Source: Acidimicrobiales bacterium
GTDB taxonomy: Bacteria > Actinomycetota > Acidimicrobiia > Acidimicrobiales > SZUA-35
Length of the DNA: 51,995 nt
NCBI GenBank assembly: GCA_041576015.1
Contig: JBFGLT010000003.1
Location: 1 to 51,995, forward strand
Direction of reading: 5' to 3'
In this document: one piece after another, positions 45,194 to 51,995 of the stretch
Position numbering within the stretch: position 1 is the first letter of the stretch
Layout of the letters: each line of letters opens with the position of its first letter
Notes under the pieces: model-generated
Database searches by the model: none
What the model was told of the DNA's origin: nothing
Seen by the model: only the letters and a program-made list of their open reading frames with translations
Program-made: the position numbers and the translations under genes

Positions 45194-47149
45194 ACGTTGC
45201 CGCCACACCTTCGGGCCGACGAGCAACAGAACGGCCCCCGCCACGATGAAGATACGAAGGAGGCCGACCGTTGCCGAGCCTCGGAGGTCGGCGACGGTGC
45301 GGCCAGCCGACTCGCGTGCAAGGCTGGTGTGCCCGTTTTCGAAGGCTTCCCTGGCCTTCTGGAGTGGGGTGTCGACGTTTGTGCCGATCAGCCCGATGCG
45401 GTCGATGACGGAGCGCTCTGCGCTCAATTGGTGGTCGGCGAGGGCGATGGCGTCGGCGGCGACCTGTAGATCGGCGAGCCGCAACGAGACCGCCACCAAG
45501 GCCTCGTGGGTCGACGCGTCCTGGTACTGCCGCTCGGGTGACCGAATCAGGTCGAGACCGAGGCGCTCGATGGTGACGCGCAGCCGGTCCCGCCGGTCGA
45601 GCAGTTGGTTGGCCGTGTCCATCAATTGGCGGGCCGACCTGAAGTCCCAGTCGCCGAGGGCCCTGCGCAGGACGAGTGGTGCAGCCCAGGAGCCCGATCG
45701 GTCGAGGAGCCGGTCCCATTCGGCCCTGGTCCGGCTGCGTTCTGCTAACACGACATCCTGGTCGTCGCCGGTCACATACTTCGAAAACAGCCCGGTTGCC
45801 CGTTGAGACCCCGCCGCCTCCTCGAGCAGATCGAGCAGTCGGCGCCAGTCGTCCACGGGCCGGTCCACCAACTCTGTTGCACCTTCGCCGGGATAGGCGT
45901 GCAGATCAGCCTCGGCCCACCGAATCGCCTTCGCCAGGCCGTCGATGCCGACCTCTTCGGACAGCTCCCGCAGGACGAACCACGACGTGTTGTATCCGTA
46001 CGCATCGTTCCCTCGAGTCTCGTCGTCGATGGCCCCCGGTGTCGACCAGCGATTCAGGGCGATTCGGTGGCTGGTTGATCGAGGAGTGCTCGGCCAGGTG
46101 AGCTCCCCGTCGGGATCAGCATGGGCACGGGACGCAAACTCCTGCGCCAGCCCCTCGATGATCCAGCGCTCGGCGAACAGCTCGCCGTTGAACCATGCAT
46201 GGGACAGTTCGTGCAGGAGGGTCTCGGCGTCGAGCTCCTCGCTGACCTCGATCCGGTCCTGATCGGGCAGGTACCAGCCGGCGTAGCCCAGCAGCCCGGG
46301 ATCGACCGACTGGAGGATCTCCAGGTCGTCGGCGGGGAACGGGAGCCCGACCAACTCTCCGAGCACGGGGAACCCGTCTTCGAGCTCGGTGGCGACGAAG
46401 TCGGCCCACTCGTCGTCCCCTGGCCAGTAGCGAACGTCGATGACGGTGTCCGGGCCGACGTCCACCGGCCGGCTGGCCAGCGCTGCATCGTTCCGGGCGG
46501 TGACGAAGAGGAAGAACTCCTCCGGCTGGGCGATCTCGGTCGCCTCGTAGATCCGGAGATCCCCTTCCACCCGCGACGTGTACGGTGAGCCGCTGATCGA
46601 CACGTCGAAGTCGACGGGAACCTCGACGCGAACATCAACGGCGTTGGCATCGCCCAGGCCCCAGGCACCGAACCCCGCGTAGGCGGGGTTCACCCGCACT
46701 CCGGACGTGGAGTCTCTCGGAGGTCCCGATTCGAGGCGGTAGGTCACCGTGAACCTGGCCGACTCGCCGTAGAACAACTTGCCCGCAAACGAGATGTCGA
46801 GGGCGTCGGCAAACGAGAAGCCGGCGTCCTCACGGACCGCAGTCGCCAACGGTGATCCGCTGCGGTGGTCGACGGCGCGGATGGCGGTCGCCGACGTGGG
46901 CAACGGGATCGTCAGCCCGTCGTAGTAGTACCGGGTGTCCCGGCCCCCGCGGGTGAGGTCGGGGGTTACGTTGGTGACCGAGTAGGTCGCTTCGACCCGC
47001 ACCAGGGATTCGGCCGGTTCCACCCGGAAGACGGTCGAGGAGGCGATCGACAGGCCGACGTCGGCGGCTGCCGGGTGGATGGCGATGACGGCGAAGGCCG
47101 TCGTGAAGGTGGCCAGGGTTGCGGCGATGAGCCCGGTCGGGTGGCGCAC
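44867..47149 (-). CDS. Secreted, C-terminally anchored gluzincin (M1/MA-like) metallopeptidase-domain protein
   Basis: Signal peptide ending AAA-D, HELSH...EGLA, helical region and C-terminal TM segment; 3' end overlaps the WS/DGAT gene. Confidence 0.7.
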   Translation of the reverse strand: MRHPTGLIAATLATFTTAFAVIAIHPAAADVGLSIASSTVFRVEPAESLVRVEATYSVTNVTPDLTRGGRDTRYYYDGLTIPLPTSATAIRAVDHRSGSPLATAVREDAGFSFADALDISFAGKLFYGESARFTVTYRLESGPPRDSTSGVRVNPAYAGFGAWGLGDANAVDVRVEVPVDFDVSISGSPYTSRVEGDLRIYEATEIAQPEEFFLFVTARNDAALASRPVDVGPDTVIDVRYWPGDDEWADFVATELEDGFPVLGELVGLPFPADDLEILQSVDPGLLGYAGWYLPDQDRIEVSEELDAETLLHELSHAWFNGELFAERWIIEGLAQEFASRAHADPDGELTWPSTPRSTSHRIALNRWSTPGAIDDETRGNDAYGYNTSWFVLRELSEEVGIDGLAKAIRWAEADLHAYPGEGATELVDRPVDDWRRLLDLLEEAAGSQRATGLFSKYVTGDDQDVVLAERSRTRAEWDRLLDRSGSWAAPLVLRRALGDWDFRSARQLMDTANQLLDRRDRLRVTIERLGLDLIRSPERQYQDASTHEALVAVSLRLADLQVAADAIALADHQLSAERSVIDRIGLIGTNVDTPLQKAREAFENGHTSLARESAGRTVADLRGSATVGLLRIFIVAGAVLLLVGPKVWRQRSGSGRRHQLLHGSDDGLGEDVKIRAGIGVGPQGHHQLAGVGQGGSAHGQVEAEGHDGHHLGDRATPEVQGQRRSRQVGGHEVGEGLTPGDPRNEVHGNGREMVARIEQ

Positions 47150-47244
47150 CTCATCCCCGTCGGTCCGAAGATGCCCTGGTCAAGGCCTCTCCTCCGGCTC
47201 GACTTGGAGATTGGTCGCTCCGGCGCGCGCGACAATGGGTGTCG

Positions 47245-48144
47245 ATGACCACGACCGTCACGATCACCGGCACCGGCAGCCCGCGGCCCTCGGCTCGTCG
47301 TGCCGGCCCCGGTGTGCTGATCCGGCACGGGGACCGAGCGATCCAAGTCGATGCTGGACGCGCCACGATCCAGCGGCTGGTTGCGGCCGGCGTCGCGGCC
47401 ACCGACCTCACGGCTCTGCTCGTGACCCATCACCACAGCGATCACCTCACCGGCCTCGCCGACCTGCTGCTCACTCGCTGGATCATCGATCGCGACGACC
47501 GCGTGCCGCCGCTGGAGGTCGTCCTCCCGTCCGGTCCGGCGCAAAGGCTGGTCGGTGAGTTGCTCGTCCCGTGGCGGGAGGACCTCCGCATCCGCCGCCG
47601 GCACACAGGTCGAGTCACCGAACCGGCTCCGACCCTCGTCGCCTTCGATCCGCCGGCGGAGCCGTCGATCGTCTGGGAGGACGGCCCGATCAGGGTGGCG
47701 GCGGTGAAGGTGCGGCACGAGCCGGTCCGCCCGGCAGTCGGGTACCGGATCGAGACTCCGGACGGCGTCGTCGCCGTCACCGGCGACACCCTCGTGTGTC
47801 CCGAGGTCGCCGACCTGGCTCGAGGGGCGGACGTGCTGGTGTATGAGGCGATGCGCTTCGAGGCGGTCCGCCGGTGGCCGGCGTCAGCACATTTCGTGAT
47901 GGACTACCACGCCGACACGCCGGCCATCGGCGCCCAGGCCACCGAGCTGGGGGTACCCGTCTTGATCCTGACCCACCTGATCCCGGCCCCCGAGACGCCT
48001 GCGGAGGTCGCCGCCTTCGTCGCCGACATCCGCGGCGCGGGGTACCCGGGCAGGCTGATCGTGGCCGACGACCTCGCCACCGTGACGCTGCCGGGTCGCT
48101 CGCCGGGCTTTGGACAAATCTCGCAGGGTGGCGAGGTCGGCTGA
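47245..48144 (+). CDS. Metallo-beta-lactamase-fold hydrolase (RNase Z/arylsulfatase-like)
   Basis: TGTGSP, DAG, THHHSDH, TGDT, YH and LTHL motifs. Confidence 0.85.
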   Translation: MTTTVTITGTGSPRPSARRAGPGVLIRHGDRAIQVDAGRATIQRLVAAGVAATDLTALLVTHHHSDHLTGLADLLLTRWIIDRDDRVPPLEVVLPSGPAQRLVGELLVPWREDLRIRRRHTGRVTEPAPTLVAFDPPAEPSIVWEDGPIRVAAVKVRHEPVRPAVGYRIETPDGVVAVTGDTLVCPEVADLARGADVLVYEAMRFEAVRRWPASAHFVMDYHADTPAIGAQATELGVPVLILTHLIPAPETPAEVAAFVADIRGAGYPGRLIVADDLATVTLPGRSPGFGQISQGGEVG

Positions 48145-48160
48145 GTACGCTTTTTCTCCT

Positions 48161-50923
48161 ATGGCCTATGACCACCGCTCGATCGAACATACCTGGCAGC
48201 AGCGCTGGGAGGACGAGGGGCTCTACCGGTCACGCGTCGACTGGAACCGCCCCAAACACTATGCGCTGACCATGCTTCCGTACCCGTCGGGCGACCTGCA
48301 CATGGGCCACTGGTATGCCATGACCCCGAGTGATGCTCGAGCCCGCTTCATGCGGATGCGCGGCCACAACGTCCTCTTCCCGATCGGATTCGACGCCTTC
48401 GGTCTGCCGGCGGAGAACGCGGCCGTCCAGCGCGGGGTGCATCCAGCCGAGTGGACCTGGAAGAACATCGACCGGATGCGGACCCAACTCCGATCCATGG
48501 GGGCCATGTTCGACTGGGAGCGCGAGGCGGTCAGCTGTGATCCGTCCTACTACCGGTGGACCGAGTGGCTGTTCAAGCAGATGGTCGAGCACGGCGTGGC
48601 CTACCGGGGTGAGGCGATGGTCAACTGGTCGCCCACGTTGCAGACGGTCCTGGCCAACGAGCAGGTGATCGACGGCAAGGACGAGCGCACCGGCCAGCCG
48701 GTCGTCCAGAAGATGATGGAGCAGTGGTTCTTCGCCATCACCCGCTACGCCGACGAGCTCCTCGATTTCGACAGCATCGACTGGCCCGATCCGATCAGGT
48801 TGATGCAGACCAACTGGATCGGCCGCTCCGAGGGCGCCCGAGTCGATTTCTCGATCGCCGAAGGTCCCGCCGCCGGCGAGCCGCTGACGGTGTTCACCAC
48901 CCGACCAGACACCCTGTGGGGGGCCACGTTCATGGTCGTCGCCCCCGAGCATCCGCTGCTCGCCGAGATCACCACCGACGACCGCCGGGACGAGGTCACC
49001 GCCTACGTCCAGGCCGCCTCCCGCCGGACCGAACTGGAACGCATCGCCGACGACAGGGACAAGACCGGGGTGTTCACCGGCGGGTACGCCGTCAACCCGG
49101 TGAACCAGGAGCAGATCCCGATCTGGGTGGCCGATTACGTGCTGATCAGCTACGGCACCGGCGCCATCATGGCGGTCCCTGCGCACGACCAGCGGGACTT
49201 CGAGTTCGCCCGCCGGTTCGGCTTGACCGTCGCACCCGTGATCCACCCAGAAGGCGGCGATCCACTCGACGAACCGGCGATGACCGAGTCCTATGTCGGG
49301 CCGGGGGTGATGATCAACAGCGGGCCCATCGACGGGGTGACGGTCAACGACCTGAAGGGCCGGGAGAACCCGTCGGTCGCCGCCGCCATCGACTGGCTGG
49401 TCGAGCACGGGGCGGGGGAGGAGTCAATCAACTACCGAATTCGTGATTGGCTGATCAGCCGGCAGCGCTACTGGGGATCGCCGATCCCGATGATCCACCG
49501 GGCCGACGGGACGGTCGAATCGGTGCCCGACGACCAGCTTCCGGTCGTGTTGCCCGAGGATGTGCCATTCGACGGGACCAGCCCACTGGCCAGGACGCCC
49601 TCGTTCACCGAGACCGTCGACTCCGACGGCAACCGGGCTCGCCGGGAGACCGACACCCTGGACACGTTCATGTGCTCGAGCTGGTACTGGTTCCGCTATC
49701 TGTCGCCGGCCTACGACGGGGGGGCGTTCGATCCCGAGGAGGCGGCCTACTGGTTACCGGTCGACACCTACACCGGCGGTGCCGAACATGCGGTGATGCA
49801 TCTGCTCTATGCCCGCTTCTTCGTCAAGGCGATGCGCGACATGGGCCTGTTCGACGCCGCCGCCACCGGGATGACCGCGCATGGCCGGGACTCCGACGGG
49901 CTGTTCGACGAACCGTTCCTCCTGCTTCGCAATCAGGGCCAGATCCTCGGCGAGGACCGCACCGGCGACCGCGTCGTCGTGTCGGGGGAAGAAGTCGGCA
50001 CGCGGGTCCTCGCCGATCGGGTGGTCGTCGATGCCGGCGCTGCCGATGATGCAGGAGTGGTGGTCGGCGAGCTCCTGCGGCGAACGGAGAACATCCTGCA
50101 GGTCAGCACTGCCGCCGGCCGGGTGACCGTCGAGGTGCCCGAGACCGCCGTCGTGGAGATCCCGTCGATCCCCGGTCCCAACGACGTCAACCAGCTCAGG
50201 CACCATCTCGAGATCCAGCGGATGTCCAAATCGAAGGGCAACGTCGTCAACCCCGACGATCTGGTCGTGGAGTACGGCGCCGACACGGTGCGCACCTACC
50301 TGATGTTCGCTTTCGAATGGCAGAAGGGTGGCCCGTGGAACAGCCAGGGGATCATGGGCTCGCGGCGCTTCATCGAGGATGTCTGGAAGATCGGCACGAT
50401 CGAGTATCAGCCGGAGGCGGTGTCCGGGGACGCCTCGGCGCAGCTGCGCCGCCGGATCCACCAGACCACCGCACGGGTCGAATCGGGCTTGGAGGCGTTC
50501 AAGTTCAACACCTCGGTGGCGGCGTTGATGGCGCTGCGAAACGATCTGACCGAAGCGGCCCGTACGGGCGCCGTGGACCCCCAGGTCTGGAGCGAGGGAG
50601 TCGACACGCTGCTCAAGCTCCTGGCCCCGATCGCGCCCCATGTGACCGAGGAACTGTGGCGTCGCCGGGGCAACGACAGCTCGATCCATCTCGTAGCGTG
50701 GCCGGTGTCCGATCCCGAGATCGCCGCCGAGGAGACGATCACCATGGTCCTTCAGGTCAACGGCAAGGTTCGCGATCGGGTGGATGTGCCCGCCGACATC
50801 ACCGAGGCCGACGCCGAGGCCGAAGCGCTGGCCAGCGCTCGGATCCAGGAGTGGACCGAGGGCAAGATAGTCCGCAAGATCATCTCCCGCCCCCCCAAGC
50901 TGGTCAACGTCGTCGTCAGCTAG
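48161..50923 (+). CDS. leuS: Leucine--tRNA ligase
   Basis: PYPSGDLHMGH, FTTRPDT editing motif, GTGAIMAVPAHDQRD, DWLISRQRYWG, RMSKSKGN and QVNGKVR motifs. Confidence 0.97.
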   Translation: MAYDHRSIEHTWQQRWEDEGLYRSRVDWNRPKHYALTMLPYPSGDLHMGHWYAMTPSDARARFMRMRGHNVLFPIGFDAFGLPAENAAVQRGVHPAEWTWKNIDRMRTQLRSMGAMFDWEREAVSCDPSYYRWTEWLFKQMVEHGVAYRGEAMVNWSPTLQTVLANEQVIDGKDERTGQPVVQKMMEQWFFAITRYADELLDFDSIDWPDPIRLMQTNWIGRSEGARVDFSIAEGPAAGEPLTVFTTRPDTLWGATFMVVAPEHPLLAEITTDDRRDEVTAYVQAASRRTELERIADDRDKTGVFTGGYAVNPVNQEQIPIWVADYVLISYGTGAIMAVPAHDQRDFEFARRFGLTVAPVIHPEGGDPLDEPAMTESYVGPGVMINSGPIDGVTVNDLKGRENPSVAAAIDWLVEHGAGEESINYRIRDWLISRQRYWGSPIPMIHRADGTVESVPDDQLPVVLPEDVPFDGTSPLARTPSFTETVDSDGNRARRETDTLDTFMCSSWYWFRYLSPAYDGGAFDPEEAAYWLPVDTYTGGAEHAVMHLLYARFFVKAMRDMGLFDAAATGMTAHGRDSDGLFDEPFLLLRNQGQILGEDRTGDRVVVSGEEVGTRVLADRVVVDAGAADDAGVVVGELLRRTENILQVSTAAGRVTVEVPETAVVEIPSIPGPNDVNQLRHHLEIQRMSKSKGNVVNPDDLVVEYGADTVRTYLMFAFEWQKGGPWNSQGIMGSRRFIEDVWKIGTIEYQPEAVSGDASAQLRRRIHQTTARVESGLEAFKFNTSVAALMALRNDLTEAARTGAVDPQVWSEGVDTLLKLLAPIAPHVTEELWRRRGNDSSIHLVAWPVSDPEIAAEETITMVLQVNGKVRDRVDVPADITEADAEAEALASARIQEWTEGKIVRKIISRPPKLVNVVVS

Positions 50924-50927
50924 GGGT

Positions 50928-50971
50928 CAGGTCTACGTTTGCCTCGCTGGTGCCAGGTCTACGTTTTGCCT
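50928..50971. repeat. 17/18-bp direct repeat downstream of leuS
   Basis: CAGGTCTACGTTTGCCT (50928-50944) and CAGGTCTACGTTTTGCCT (50954-50971). Confidence 0.8.
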
Positions 50972-50999
50972 ATCGCAGGCGAGTCGAGCCAGAGGACCG

Positions 51000-51290
51000 T
51001 CAGCACTCGAACTGGACAGCTGCCCTCGCCGCGATGTTCGGCCTGATCAGCTCGTCGATCAGGGCCTGGTGGCCGGGCTCGGTGGCGTATTCCCGGTAGT
51101 CGTCGACCGAGGCGAAGTCGGCGACTACGACGTAGTCGAAGTTCCCCTCGCTGACCCCGGCGTCGGGGCCGTGGGTGTAGCCCGAGACGCAGTCGAGCTC
51201 GGCCAGCCTGTCGAGTCCCGACCCGATCACCTTCTTGACGTCGTCGGTGACGCCGTCGGCCCATCTGAACATTGCGCAGTGGCGTAACAT
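51000..51290 (-). CDS. Dabb (stress-responsive A/B barrel) family protein
   Basis: MLRH..MFRW, FDY, F.S..DY..Y...P.H pattern; leaderless TACGAT. Confidence 0.82.
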   Translation of the reverse strand: MLRHCAMFRWADGVTDDVKKVIGSGLDRLAELDCVSGYTHGPDAGVSEGNFDYVVVADFASVDDYREYATEPGHQALIDELIRPNIAARAAVQFEC

Positions 51291-51339
51291 GCAGGCGATC
51301 GTATGCGTCCACCAGCGGGCGGCGCCCGTCGGAGGTCGC

Positions 51340-51995
51340 TCACGTCGGTGGACCGGCGAAGGCCTGGGCCTTTTCGAGCCAGTCCAGCGCGACCGGCGTG
51401 GTCTCCAGCGACGTCGCTTCCACCCTCCGTCGTTGGGTGACGACGAGGCAGAACTCTTCGGCCGATCCGCCCACGAATTCGCCCGCATCGGCCGGGCCGA
51501 ACGTCCAGATCGCACCGGATGGCGCGACCAGGTCAGCGCGCACAGGTTCGGTCGGAGCGTCGAGCCCACGATTGACATAGCTCCACCGGCGGGTGAGGAA
51601 CCCGAGGTTGGCGATGTGTCGAAGCCGATCGGTGGCCTGTCGGTGGGCGCCCACCGCATCGACGATGTCCTGCCCGTGCGCCCAACACTCCATCAGCCGC
51701 GCCGTCAGGAACGACTTCGACCCCATCGAAGGCCCATACCACTCGATCCGGTCGTCGTCGGTCAGCCCGCTGGCTGCCTCAGCCAGAGCGGCCCGACCGG
51801 ACCGCCACCGTTCCAGCAGCTCGCCCGGCGACAGGGCGAGGAGGTCCCCCATGGTGAAGTCGTCGACGTCGTCGTCACCTCCATCGGAGTGGGTCATCAG
51901 CGCAGCGACCGCTCGCTGAAAGGCCGGCTGGTCGACGATCGCCAGCCGGGCGGAGCCGTCGAAGTAGGTCAGATGGGCGATTTGGTGAGCCACCG
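51340..51995 (-). CDS. TIGR03084-like DinB/MDMPI-family metal-binding protein (5' truncated by window edge)
   Basis: HQIAHL, WYGPSM, ARLMECWAHGQD, VTQRR and AQAFAGPP motifs. Confidence 0.82.
   Translation of the reverse strand, partial: VAHQIAHLTYFDGSARLAIVDQPAFQRAVAALMTHSDGGDDDVDDFTMGDLLALSPGELLERWRSGRAALAEAASGLTDDDRIEWYGPSMGSKSFLTARLMECWAHGQDIVDAVGAHRQATDRLRHIANLGFLTRRWSYVNRGLDAPTEPVRADLVAPSGAIWTFGPADAGEFVGGSAEEFCLVVTQRRRVEATSLETTPVALDWLEKAQAFAGPPT

Noticed and set aside
1-51995. Many long alternative-frame and antisense ORFs (for example 9117-11006, 11622-13808, 35691-37607, 38730-40367)
   Set aside because: They shadow well-supported genes, are Arg/Pro/Gly-rich with no family motifs, and are expected in high-GC DNA where stop codons are rare.
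1-51995. CRISPR arrays, tRNA/rRNA genes, transposases, integrases, prophage genes
   Set aside because: No repeat-spacer array, cloverleaf or relevant protein motifs were recognised, and the intergenic spaces are short.

Overview
A GC-rich, densely coding chromosomal segment of an actinobacterium. An Acidimicrobiia-like origin is inferred from frequent leaderless TANNNT promoters and from DUF1918, LppX/LprAFG, TIGR03084 and WS/DGAT genes. About 44 CDS are supported. No rRNA, tRNA, CRISPR array or transposase/integrase was recognised. Main blocks: (1) an ABC-2 exporter; (2) a carbamate kinase-ygeW-ygeY ureide/purine-type module; (3) a cyclitol operon with iolE, a sugar ABC transporter whose permease carries an extra ~280-aa membrane block, and a MocD-MocE oxygenase-Rieske fusion; (4) Na/Pi symporter-PhoU; (5) a coupled oxoprolinase/MaoC/dehydrogenase/lactone-enzyme/SDR operon; (6) an LprG-Rv1410c-like lipoprotein-MFS pair; (7) a PhyH dioxygenase-dimethylformamidase-like pair; (8) SQR; (9) a putative dormancy block with CYTH-CHAD, a Balon-like release-factor homologue, a flavodoxin and a tandem double-domain WS/DGAT; (10) an atypical leuS. 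The most notable non-coding signal is a recurring 16-bp DosR/OsdR-like box, usually 22 nt upstream of a -10-like hexamer, in front of up to seven genes. All family assignments come from motif recognition by eye; no database searches were run.
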